A DNA stretch of 64,000 bases from Macrostomum lignano. Lineage: Eukaryota. Positions 1-12,019 of the stretch are shown here, in pieces (the first letter of the stretch is position 1; each line of letters opens with the position of its first letter). The notes beneath the pieces are model-generated. The model saw only the letters and a list, made by a program, of their open reading frames with translations. It was not told the origin of the DNA and did no database searches. The stretch spans positions 63,909-127,908 of the forward strand of contig NIVC01002977.1 in assembly GCA_002269645.1 (NCBI GenBank). Reading direction: 5' to 3'. Both the position numbers and the translations under genes were made by a program.

Positions 1-1522
1 GCATGCAGTGGTATGAATGCCCCCATGGAAGAGTAAACATCATATACGAATTTTAATTTTGAATTGGAATTCAAATTTTCTCGTCGTTTCTTAAGAACGT
101 TAATTTTTTTTATTGTAATTCATTTGTCTTAAGTTTTATATTAAAAATTGTCTTAACATAGTTTTATCAAAGCTTGAAAAGTTTAATGTAAATTGTTTTA
201 CACTATAATTTGTTTTAACAAGACATTTAATCAAAGGTTGTAAATTTGTGTAAGTTCTGAAATTTTTTGTAGCTATAAGATAATAATACATTCAAAATCC
301 TATTTGAGAATTGTCGCCAAATTGGTTGTCACCAAATTGACCTGTCACCAAAATGGGTGTCGCCAAAATGGTTTATTGCCGAAATGGACCGGATTCCAAG
401 TCTTCAATGCTCAAATTATATTTCAAAACTAGCTATACCTAGTAGCTATTTCAGGTTCCATAGCATAACAATTCAATTTAATTAATGTTAGGCCTAAGGT
501 ACTTGGTAGCATAGGTATAGACTCATTGGACTACTAATCTAGAGACAGCAATTTATTTTACAGTAGGCCTAAGCAAATACATGCAAATAAAATAAAGAGA
601 CAATATAATATATACTATATATGAATAGTACTAGCTAGGGGCCTATTGAATAGGATGGAAGTTGAAAATCTAGAATATAAAGCAGGATTACCAAAAGAAA
701 AAACTGGCATTTAAAAGTTCCAAAAGAGAAAACATTTAGGCCTACCCAAAATTTATTATCACTATTAAAGGATTAAGAGTGCTTCAATTTTGATTTGACT
801 TAGAGGCAATATAGCTAAAAACAAAATATAGCTAAATATAGCTACAATTTTTGAACAGCCCCTGAATGGACTGAATGAATGAATAACCTGAATCACACAA
901 CAAATATTAGGTCCATAATGTAATCATTAGAATGGCATAGCCTTGCCCTGGCCTTGGCATCTACATTTGCTTTATGCCTTGTGAATGTTAAAAATTAAAT
1001 TCAGTGCGAAAAGAAAAAACTTTAGACTGAGACAGAATATAAACACACTACGAGAAAGTTAAAAGAACAAATGGTTCTGTTCGTACAGATGTTGAAACTT
1101 TGAAGAAGCGCCGTCGGAGCCTTCGCTCGCTGTAGTCCACATTTGCCGCAAAGAAAATTATACCCGGCAAGACGTTTACGTATTTTGGTTAGATCATTAT
1201 TTTAATGAGAAGTAAAACAACAACAGTATACATTATCAGAACCTATAAAAATAAAGATATTTTCATTAAATTAATATTGTGTATGGTCGTAGAAGTATTT
1301 GAATATATAAAAACATAGAACACTTTTTTTCTGCTATGATCTTATAATCGAATTGCAATTATCGCAAGTCCCCAATTTTAACTTGACTACTTATCAGTAG
1401 AATAAGACGGTTCTTAGGCACTTATCTAGATTGCAAGCTGATTGCACGAGCGAATTGCAATTTTTACAATTTTTCCAATTGAATTACAATCACAATAATT
1501 AATGGGCAATCCGGTCGTCTAG

Positions 1523-2737
1523 GGTAGGCGCTCTCTTACGAGATCTGCTTTCCCACTCATCCTGCTCTTTGCGGACGATCAAGCCATTCTAGCTAAAAAC
1601 AAAGATGAACTTCAAGACACATTTACAACTATGGAAAATTACTGCAAGCAAAACTACTTGAAAGTTAATGCAAGCAAAACAAAGTTTATGCAGGGCAGTA
1701 CCAGACAAAAAAATGACACAGAAAGTTTTGCTACAAAAATAATCTACGACAACCAAGAAATAGAGGAAGTAAATGAATTTAAATACCTGGGAATTATTTT
1801 TGAACCAAAAAACAGCTTTAAAAAATGTATTGAACATCAAACTAAGCAGGGTTATTCAGCTATGTTTTCCCTACTCCACAAGGTAAAAAATACGTCCCTG
1901 GACATCACACTCATTCGCAGACTATTCGACGCGCTTGTCACCCCCGTTATCACGTACGGTTGTGAGCTCTGGGGCCCTCTGGCTACCATTTCTGAAACAA
2001 AAGCTATTGATAACATTCAGCTGAAATTCTACAAATATCTCCTCAATCTACCAAAATTTGCTAGCAACAGTGTGATATCATCAGAACTTGAGCTTACTCC
2101 AATCTCCCAACGAATTGCTAAAACCTATCTTACCTACTGGCTGAAGATTAGACATCAAAAACTTTGCCAAACGACACTAGAAATTTTCTACTCAAACACC
2201 AGCCAAAAAAATCCATGGAAAACAAATATACTAAAGAAACTGGAAAGTATAGACTTAAAAGCACTAACTGAAGATAAACTTTCCCAAAGCTTTAATAACG
2301 AGAAATACCTAGTGAAAAAGCACCTCAAGATACACAGAGAAAGAGAACTTAGCCAAAAGCTAGAGAATCAGCAACATATTAAACTCTATAAAAACGCCTA
2401 TCTCTACAAAAAAATCTGCAGGCCTGACCTTTCAGATTACTTTCCATGCACTTTTAGAAACAAAAAATTCCTAACAACCCTCCTAAAACTGAAATGCGAA
2501 ATTACACCCAACATTTTCTCTCATGAACCATGTAGACTGTGTGGAGCGAGAAATGGTTCCGATATCCTACACTACTTGACCGAATGTCCACAAACCGAAA
2601 AGTTCAGAAAAAAATACTTCTGTCAGTACCTCCTAAATGACAAGCAAGTACACAAGTTAGGATATGCTACAAATGAAAAAAGAGTCAGAAAAGAGCTCAC
2701 TGGTGTAGCTAAAATATATGAAGTCATGAATAGCTAA
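1523..2737 (+). CDS. LINE ORF2 fragment: C-terminal half of reverse transcriptase plus CCHC zinc knuckle
   Basis: Motifs LFADD, 'LKVNASKTKFM', 'EEVNEFKYLGI' (RT domain 7), 'LFDALVTPVITYGCELWG' (thumb) and C-terminal CRLC...HYLTEC. The ORF track starts it at ATG 1631, but the frame is open from 1523. Confidence 0.85.
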   Translation, partial: GRRSLTRSAFPLILLFADDQAILAKNKDELQDTFTTMENYCKQNYLKVNASKTKFMQGSTRQKNDTESFATKIIYDNQEIEEVNEFKYLGIIFEPKNSFKKCIEHQTKQGYSAMFSLLHKVKNTSLDITLIRRLFDALVTPVITYGCELWGPLATISETKAIDNIQLKFYKYLLNLPKFASNSVISSELELTPISQRIAKTYLTYWLKIRHQKLCQTTLEIFYSNTSQKNPWKTNILKKLESIDLKALTEDKLSQSFNNEKYLVKKHLKIHRERELSQKLENQQHIKLYKNAYLYKKICRPDLSDYFPCTFRNKKFLTTLLKLKCEITPNIFSHEPCRLCGARNGSDILHYLTECPQTEKFRKKYFCQYLLNDKQVHKLGYATNEKRVRKELTGVAKIYEVMNS

Positions 2738-3171
2738 AACAGTTATGCAAACTGAAACAGACATATCAGCAGTGAAATAAATCCGCCTTTCCCATTTTTA
2801 ATTTCCTACTTAATTAGCACTTAATTAGTATTTAATTAGTTTCCTATCTAATACCTATTTAAATCGTCGTCATTCGCTTAACGTAAAGTCCCTTCGAAGT
2901 TCGTTTTTGTTCATTTTTCTTTCGTTTTTACTTTTATTAACTGCAATACTTTTTTTTAACTCCTTGCTTTTTCTTTCGCTTCGTTAGTCGTCCAAGTATC
3001 GTTAATAACTTTTCCGCGTTCTTTCAAATACCATTTTGCAAAACTCGTACTAATCATAATTAAATAACTAGTGCTAAAATATTGTCTCCTATTCCTGAAG
3101 CAATCTTAAATACATAGAAATATATTGGCCAAACAGGCTTCTTGCCTGAGCCAACTTACTACTACTACTAC
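1523..3171 (+). mobile_element. 5'-truncated non-LTR retrotransposon (LINE; L2/CR1-group or RTEX-like, clade not fixed)
   Basis: The open frame from 1523 (after TAG at 1520) contains the RT catalytic motif LFADD (1565-1579) and continues without stops to 2737. The 3' end has a small hairpin AGGC-TTCTT-GCCT (~3135-3147) followed by a (TAC)5 tail at 3157-3171. RT domains upstream of the FADD motif are missing. Confidence 0.85.
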
Positions 3172-3849
3172 AAAACATCATGACCTTAATTTGAGAACTA
3201 CCCGTTAGCGGAATGGGCTGCAACCGCCCCCTCGCTGTTTCCTGATGCACGGAGCCCCTTGCAGCAAAGTCAAGTAAGTCAAGAGCACAAATCTAAAAAA
3301 CTCTGAGTATTTGTCAGAGTACTATTCCTTTGCTTTTATAGTTATGCGCGTAATTTATTCTATGGTTTTATTAATAAGTTACTTTGTTTAATTGGATTCC
3401 GTTTTCAATAAATTCGAACGACTCATATTTGAACATGCAAAATTTGATCATAGTCTTAGATCGTATGGAGGAATGGAATATATGACAGCAACTATATGGT
3501 ATACCATATTTCCGTAAGTCGTAGCCGTAAGAGCAGGTATCTATTATAGGCGTATCCGTAATTGCCGTAGGTATCTATTTTACCATATTTGCCATAGGAT
3601 CCAGTAGCCATAGCCGTAGCTACGGCAGAACACTATAACTAAAGCATATATAACAAATCTATTATGGTTCAAAAGTTACAAGTGCTTCAAGATAAAAAAC
3701 ATGATGGGACCTTCTTATGGAATGACCCAATAATCATACTACCAAAGTGGAAGTAGAAAATTGTCACATTTAAAGTGCATAAATTGTGCAGACTATATGC
3801 AAGGCTAATATATATATAAATTTGGCCTATATACACTGTCAATTTTTAA

Positions 3850-4130
3850 GCGCCAACTAGCACCTTATTTTGCTACAATGGGTACCAAAATCATTAGAAA
3901 GCTAGTACCAAAACTAACACTATATAAGGCACTAGTTTGGCACTAAGTGCCAGATTTTGGCATATCTATAGTGCCACATAGTGCCGTATTTTATCCAGGT
4001 AGTGCCAGATTCAGTTTTCCTTGTAGTGCCAAGTTTGTTACTATATAAGGCACTAGTATGGTGCCTAATATCCAAGTTTGGCACTACAATAGTGCCACAT
4101 AGTGCCATATGAACATGTATCTCATATTGC
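3850..4130. repeat. Cluster of short GGCACTA/TAGTGCC motifs in both orientations; probable subterminal region of a decayed DNA transposon
   Basis: More than ten gtgcc/ggcac motifs within 280 bp; no clean TIR or TSD found. Confidence 0.4.
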
Positions 4131-5379
4131 ATTCATATTGTAATATATCCTAGGTTTTTTAGGCTATATAGTAGCCACAGGCTACCCAAAAAAGCCATTG
4201 GCAACTAGATTTGTGGCATCAGAGGCTAATCTGGCAACCAACTTGAACCAAGGCAGTTGCCAATGATAAAACAGTCTGTCACATTTTATTACTACTAAGA
4301 TTGGCTTGGCTGAAAACCTGAAGCCTGAGCTGATTTGAGCATATTATTTTTTTGTCAATGCATGAAAATTGTTGCAAAAACAACTTTATAAAGTGGGACA
4401 CTGAAATAGGTCAGTTGCCAAATGGCAACTGGATTTTGGACAAAAAAAACCCAGAATATATCAGTTTCCTGTTTTCATTTCCTATGCTGATGCATTTTTA
4501 TCACATGCATCACTATAGAAATTATATTTTATTACTGTATTGTGCAAGTGTATCCGTATTCTAAACCCTTCTTGAAGCAGAGCCTCCAATACAGGCTGCC
4601 ATGTCCACCTGCAGATAAAATTAATCTTGCCTACTACTAATAAGTCAAAGACATTGAACAGCTACACATACCATGGATAAAAGCTTTTAAAGAACAAAGA
4701 GAAAAAACAAGTCTCTCAAAAAATTTAGTCACAGGTCACAAAAACTATAAGTAAATGGAGCATCATTAAGAACCATTTACTTTTTCATCACAAGACAAAA
4801 ATTGAACTTGAGTTTTTATACAATGCAATGTAACCTAATGGGGAGGAGTTTGAGGCTTACAATTTTAGGCATGGAAAAAGCAGCACAAACCGGTACAGTT
4901 TTTGAGAATAGTGTTGTAATCAGACAGTTGCTAGGAAAGTCGTCAAAGAGCCAAAATCTGGCCAATACTAACTCACAAAACACTGCCTTTTAAAATTGAG
5001 GGATAAAATTAAAGCAAATGAAAAGTTGAATGCATTCTAGACAAATACATAAAAAATTGAGCTATGAAGTAGCATTATCTAGGCCAATAAGATTAGTTGT
5101 GAATAAAAGAAACGCATCCTATAAATAATTTGATGCATTTTTTGCTGCCAATTTCAAAAGCTTGTTTCCAGTTTTTTTGCTATTGGTTTAACTACAAAAT
5201 ATATTTAGCTAGAAAAAAAGATTTTTTATGTCATTAATTTGGTAGGAAAGCTGCCTTTTATATTTATTTAGCATTTAGCATATTCATATTGAAGTCTCAG
5301 ACAAAAGGTAAAGTTCAAGCAGCAAGTTTACTATTATAAAAAAATCACCAAAAAATAATTTTGTATGCATATAAAATGT

Positions 5380-6400
5380 CTAGCAAAAAGAGTTTTCTTC
5401 TAGTATACCAATTAGTGACAAATCAGGAGTTGGTGAAAATACATACTGAATAATTTCTACATGTAGAAGAAGCAAGTTCCAAAAATCATTATCATCCTCT
5501 GTGACAAAGAAGCCTAATAACAATGGTAAAATAATAATAAGAGTATAAATATCTGCTGCTTTCATGGGAATTGAATAGTTATTTAGATGGCGCCTTTCAA
5601 TTGGAGCAAACTTAATGGCAAAAAAGTTTTGAATACAGAATTTATTACTGCCACACTCAGGAGTTGTTTTGATATACAATTCAACAAAACAAAGCAGATA
5701 ATAGTTTGTGATATTCCACATAGAAAATCATACATGATATCAGGTGGAAAAAACATTGGCAAAAAAATATAAGAAAGCTTATTAAAAGGGATGTTAAATC
5801 TTTCAAAGAAATCTTTATGCTCCCAACAAGGATGCAAAATACTTTCTGTTATTGATTGCAAAATATTATTAGCCTCAAAACTACAAAAGTGACAAACTTT
5901 ACTATAACAAAAATACTTTGGAAGATTAATAGGATTAATAGCTAGAATATCACTAGCAAAGAAATACATCATAACATTAAGTCTAGTGGAAACATGATTA
6001 CAAGAAAATTCAAACCCATCAAAGAAAAGTATGTTTAATTCTTCAATAATTACATCTAACAGTGATAAAGAAAATGTTTTTGAATTACATAGACCAATCA
6101 AATGCCTACCTTCTTCTTTACTTTGAAAAAGTGGTAGAATATTGAGAATTTGATAATAAATACCAACTAACTTATTGAAACCTTTACTTGAACCAATAGG
6201 ATTGCACACTTCAAATTCATCAGTATACAGAGAAATATGAATTGGATATTGAAAGTTACAGGACAAAATTTGAATTTCAGATTGAAAAAAGTAGAATTAA
6301 AGAAAGGACCAAAGCAACATTGTGGGTGATTAAAAACTAAATTTAAAAAATGCTTGTTCTGCAATATTCGGGACAATGAAGACTCAATTGGAATATAATA
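5380..6400 (-). pseudogene. CACTA/EnSpm (CMC)-type transposase relic, frameshifted
   Basis: Three overlapping frames give YIPIESSL, ISLYTDEFEVCNPIGSSKGFNKLVGIYYQILN, FFASDILA, CHFC, PPDIMYDFLCG and 'MKAADIYTLIIILPLLLG'. These match the animal EnSpm transposase pattern (LYxDxFExxNPLG...K; GDxL; CxxC; DxMHDxxxG). The C-terminal RFE region was not seen. Confidence 0.75.
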
Positions 6401-6808
6401 GCATGGCTTTGAAAGAAGACCATCAACTGATAAGTCTAATAAAATTAGATTAGCAATATGATACTTAGAGCTTAAAATTGCCTTAGTACTTTTGCTAAAT
6501 ACAACAGATGGAAAAGATAGTTGAAAAAACTGTCACATGAAAAAACTGCATCAAATTCTATTATAACATTTTCAGGTACTTTGGAAATCATAAGAAAGTT
6601 ATGTACATTCCCTATAGGAAAAAGTTGTAAAACTGCGGACGGTGTCCGGCGCACTTTTGAAATTTTTCTAAAGCGCAGCGCGCGCACAGGCGCAGCGCCT
6701 GCGCGCGCTGCCCTTTCTTACTGGCTGCTGCTCTAGCAAATACATATACATGGAAATGGGTATAATACCTCTGTTGAAGGGGCTTATACACTCGTAATTT
6801 ATTAAGCT

Positions 6809-7145
6809 TAGAGATGTTCCGAAAATTCAATTTCAATTTTCCAAAATTTGAAATTTTTTAGAGCGAATTTCAATTTCGAAATAATATTTAGAAGTGAAAA
6901 TTTTGGTAGTGTCTAAAAAGTCGCTAAAAATAAACTACTTTCTACTACATATACATGTATTACTTTTTGCTTAAGCAGTAAATTGAAAGTAAAAAAGTGA
7001 GTGTTGATCATACTAAACTTTTGATCATACTACTAAACTAAACTTTGTTTTTCTGAATTATGATTTCGGGAAATTTCAATTTTGATTTTGGAAAGTTAGC
7101 GAATTTTGATTTCGACGAAACTGCAGATCTTTCGGAACATCTCTA
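6809..7145. mobile_element. hAT (Ac-like) MITE, 337 bp
   Basis: Perfect 16-bp TIR TAGAGATGTTCCGAAA / TTTCGGAACATCTCTA. The 8-bp flanks attaagct / ataatcct match at only 5 of 8 positions (eroded TSD). Confidence 0.6.
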
Positions 7146-9351
7146 ATAATCCTAAAGCGCGGTAAAATAGTTTGACTCTTTTCTAAAGCGCGCGTCCGCG
7201 GGTTTTTAACATTTATTCCAATAGGGTGTACATTTGACAAAATGTGCTATTAAAAGTTTGAAAGCTAAGAACAAATGATGTGACAATATGTAGAGCAGCT
7301 TTAAATGACACTAAATGACACTTCTGAATTTTGAGGAAAAGAAATTGTATAATTGACAAAAATTCACTTGTTGATAGATTGTTTGCATTGACAATAGCAG
7401 GTAAATCAATATTATTTATCAGACACTGATTAATAATAGGCCTAACAGAATCATTAATTTATAGAACTATTACTTTGACTTAAAATACTACATTCCACTT
7501 TTATTTGATGCTCATTACTAGCAGATGCAAAGGCATTACTATTGGATAACATAGACTTGTCCTTTGTATATCCTAAAATGTAAAATAGATAATTTATATT
7601 GTAAATTCTACAAATAATAAATATATATAATAGGTAACCCTGTTATATAAATGTTATTACCTGAGTCTCCTTTTTGTCCTTCAAATTTTTTCTCAATGTG
7701 TCCTATATGCATGTGTTTTCAAACTGATAAGTGTTGGGAAAACAGGCACACAATGTTGGACTGGACAGATGAACCTAAATTATAAGAATGATAAATTACA
7801 ATTAGGGGCCTAGTCAATTATAAGCTTAAAACCAACTTATTCAAAATACAATACAATTTTAACTTGCCTTGATCTATTTGCATGACATGTGGTATGGCTA
7901 ATTAATTAATTGGATAAATAGTTTACATGAATATGAGTAGAACTTGCAGTTCCAGCCCTCCATCGCATGTTTTAAGCAGTCAACAATTGCAACCTTTTTA
8001 TTTGCTAAAAAAGAGGAAATTCTGCTTTGTAGAATACAGCTTTGTTAATAAACTTTCTTTAAGTATAAGTATTAGGCATACTAAAAAATAATAATTGTTA
8101 AATTTACCAAATATAAATATAAATTTATTATATATAAATGAAATCAATAGGCTAAAGTATAAGTATCAATAAGTAAATTAAAAAAGCATTTCAACTACTT
8201 CACAATAAAACTATAAACCTATTTGGCATATAGTAGCTAATAAGTTTGTGGCATTTTCACTATATCCATGCGAAAAGGACAAAGCACTGAATCTTCCACA
8301 TAAAGCAAATTAAGTGGCACTAGATCCATAAGACTTATTGTTTATCAGGTGGCAGGGCCAATTGATAATTAAGCCAAAATTACCTTTTAAATATGAAGCT
8401 TCAACAGTATTTGACCATTGTGAACTCAATTTTAAAAAAAATTGTGCAAACAGAAAAAGAACAATGAATTATTGTTGGAACTTTTTGAGATACTCTTTAA
8501 AGTTACTAAAGTTAAAAGTTTTTTTGCAAAACATTGTTCTATATTATTTAGATAGGACTTAATAGGCAACTTATAATTTTGATCAAAACAGCATTGTTGT
8601 TAATAGACTTTATTGTTTATAAGATGAATATTTTTACTTTCATTGAAAAAGTCTATTTATGGACTTAAGCAAGAAATACATATTTTCAATGCCATATGCT
8701 TGATATATGCTTAGAGTGGTAAGGCTAAAGTTAGGATAAATGTAGCTCTGGCCTTTTTGTACAGTAAATAAATGAGATACTCTTAAGAAGTGATAGGTGA
8801 AGCTATTGCTGTCATTCTTTACTTTCTTACTATAGTATAGTGAATAATAAAAACTATTATTCCCCATTGGAGTCCATCTTTATTAAAGTAAATATCATTT
8901 TAAAAGTTATAGAAGTTATAGGAAATTAATTAGCTATGTATATGGATGCAAAACTTGTAGATATTAGATTAGGCTACAGATGTTGATACAAGAAAGTTTT
9001 GTTTATGGCAGAACTTTATATTTATTGTTATCTTTCTAATTTAGGTGTCATAAACTGGGGTGCTAAAAGGCATAGAAACCTCCACTGTTAGTAATAAAAA
9101 TATCAAGTTATAAACAGTACTTAAGATGTGATTAAGTGGTTGGTAAATTTTTTGTCTTTTCGTTAATATAAAAAGCCTCACTGTGGGGTATGATCATAAA
9201 ATAATTAATGCATATAGAAGCTGGATGCCATGCAACCCTGTTTTTATCTTCTATTAACTAGTAGCAACACTACTAGGAAACATTTTTTAATTTACAAGCC
9301 TAATAGTTATTCATATAATAATTCATTCATTTTTACTTCAGATTCATTTAT

Positions 9352-10138
9352 GGCTCATTCCATATAAGCATGGTCATAACATGACAGGTTATTTTTACTT
9401 ATAAAATGAAATCTAATAATAGAATATACTAAACCAATATTTTAAATGAAAGATTATTTTGTCTAGAATATATTTATAGAGTTTCATATAGATATCATCA
9501 TTAGTATAGATGCTATTAAACCTTAAATGACACTTATGGTCGTAACGACAGGATTTTTGACATATAGAAACTAAAAGGTAAAAGTCTTATAACATTTTTC
9601 ATTTTTGATATTTTGCAATACATTTTTAAAATTTGACTAAGAACATCTTTAGAAGTCATACTCTTTTATTAGAATATATAAACTCAAAAGGCAACAAAGA
9701 TACAAAAGAAAAGGCAGCCTTATGGTCGTAACATTATGGTCGTAACATATTTTTTTCTGTCAATTCAGTAACTTTGAGGTACTAATACATTAAAAATATA
9801 ATAGATTCTTTGGTCACCAATGCTTTTATCTGATGATGCAAGTACTATACTTTTATCTATAGTTTGTTTCAACCTTCAAAAGCTTTCTATTTGTTTTTAA
9901 AAGGTACAAAATCTTAATGATGTCTTTTGCTTCGAAAAATGTCCAAATTTTTACAAAAATGACTTTTTGCCGATTGATAACATACTAATCCAACATTTTA
10001 CCATTCCTTTATTCTTAGATTGTATATATTGCACAATATAAACATTTGGTAAAAAAATAGGCTAATTAGGCAATGGCAAGCAAAAATATTGACTTTTTTT
10101 CTATTTTCCAAATATGTCCATCTTATATGGAATGAGCC
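9352..10138. mobile_element. Non-autonomous DNA transposon, 787 bp, 4-bp TSD TTAT
   Basis: TIR GGCTCATTCCATATAAG at both ends; TTAT at 9348-9351 and 10139-10142; internal repeated ttatggtcgtaac motifs. Superfamily uncertain (Kolobok- or Sola-like). Confidence 0.7.
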
Positions 10139-11041
10139 TTATCCATCTGTTTTAAGTCGCCTTCAGCTTTGAGTATTTCTTGCCAAATATTTTTTCTTCA
10201 AATAGTTGAGCATTTTTCCATTTAATGCCCTTCCTCAGCGCCTGTTGTGACACCTGGTTGGCATGCATTGTCAAAATGGATCTGTACCTGACAAAGGTAA
10301 GCTTCATCTTAATTCTTGTGCCCAATACTGTTGATTTCGGAACGAGTTCGCTACATTCTGCTTATAGTAGCACTGCAAGGGTTTTGTTGGATTTTTGAGC
10401 ATCTAAAACCTTAATTGCTAAAGCTGCTCTTGTCAGCGTCCCTGTGCTGCACTGCTGCTTTTTCAGGGGCTTAACACCGAGTCAGCTGTTGGCCTCCTCC
10501 CACTGCTTTCTGGCTTTCTGTTCCCCCATCCCTGCTGAGCAGTAGGATGAGCCAAAGGCCTGTCCTGAGTAATTCGAGTCCATCAGGCCTGGTTTTGTGG
10601 GGCCGAGACCCCGCACTTAGCAACCAGTGCCGCAGCCCGCCAACTGCTGCACGCTGCGTGCCCTGCCCAGCCGCTGACTGACAGGTAGCTGCGGCCTCCC
10701 GCCCGGCTTCTCAATTCGTTAGAAACGGAGGGGACGAGAAATCCCCACCTTTCCCCTCCTCGGCATTAGCGGGCGCCGGCCAGGAAGGGGATGTCAATCA
10801 GGGCCAGTCCGGGCGCAACTCTCACGCGGCCAGCAACTGCACATTTCAGCTCAGCTGCGGCTGGTCCGCTGCTGGCAGCCAGCCATTGGCGCGAGGCCCC
10901 TGCCTGCCCCGGCCGCCGCCTCTCCCTCCTCTCCGGTTTTCACCGCGAGGCGAATTCAAAATTTCGGCTGGGCACCGGAGCAGCAGCGGCGGCGTCTCCG
11001 CAGATTCCCGCGCGGCGGTTTTTAGCGAATCCAACGAATGA

Positions 11042-12019
11042 ATGAAATTCCCAGCTAATCCCTATGTGCATTGCTGCTCCAGCTGCACCGCCTGCGGCTG
11101 CGGCGGCGCCACGGCCGGCCGGCACCAGCAGGCGACCCAAGACTTCCGGCCAGCTATCAGCCCAGCCGGCCAGGCCTATTTCCACGGCCGGCTCACCCGG
11201 GAACAGGCTGAGGAGCAGCTGTTAGCGCGCGGCGCCGCCGACGGCCTCTTCCTGCTGCGCGCTTCCACGGGCGGCAACTACGCGGTGAGCATCTGCCACG
11301 CTGGACGGGTGCTGCACTACAGTGTCGAGCGGCAGCCCGACGGCGCCTACCGCATCGCCAACAGCCGCGCCTTCCCCGGCCCCGTGGAGCTCCTTCGACA
11401 TCATGCCGCCCGGCTGGACGGCTTCGTCACCCTCGCCAGCCTGCCGTGCGACCGGCCAGCAGACTCGAGCCCCCTGGCGCTGCAGGGCGTCACCCTGGAC
11501 GACCTCGCCGCTGCCACGGTTGCCAAGGCGACGGAACTCGGCTACGACAGCCTCAACTTGGACGAGCCGCAGCGCGCCCTCGCCTGCCGTCTGGCGCTGT
11601 CAGAGCTGCACCTGCGCCAGCCCTGGTTCCACGGCCGGCTCTGCCGCGAGGAGGCCGAGCGCCGTCTGGCTGCCGCCGGCCACGTCGAAGGCGCCTTCCT
11701 GGTGCGCAGCGCATGCGGGGGCGGTGCCTTTGCGCTGAGCCTCAGCTGCCGCCGCGAGCCGAAGCACTACAGGATCGACCGCCTGCCCAACGGTCAGCGG
11801 CTTCGCATCGAAGGCGGCCACGCCTTCGCCTCGCTAGCCCAGCTGGTCGATCACTACCACCTGCGGCAGGACGGTCTGCTGTGCCGCCTGCGCCGGCCGG
11901 TTCCCCGGCCCGACCACCCTGACGTCGCTCCGAGTGCCGCCTGCGCTACCGTCGGCAGCGGGGGTGGGGCCGGCCGCACCCGCTTCAGCTGGACGGAAAC
12001 GGCGGAATCTGAGCCAGCT
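11042..12019 (+). CDS. SYK: Syk-like exon 1 (N-SH2, interdomain A, C-SH2)
   Basis: YFHGRLTREQAE...FLLR and WFHGRLCREEAE...FLVR...DHYHLRQDGL. The ORF-track extension beyond 12019 is intronic minisatellite. An additional upstream exon cannot be excluded. Confidence 0.88.

Noticed and set aside
310-400. gtcgccaaaat repeats ending in accggattcc, like a DNA-transposon end
   Set aside because: No partner end identified in the window.
4185-4440. Possible small MITE with gttgcc/ggcaac inverted motifs
   Set aside because: Ends match poorly and no TSD.
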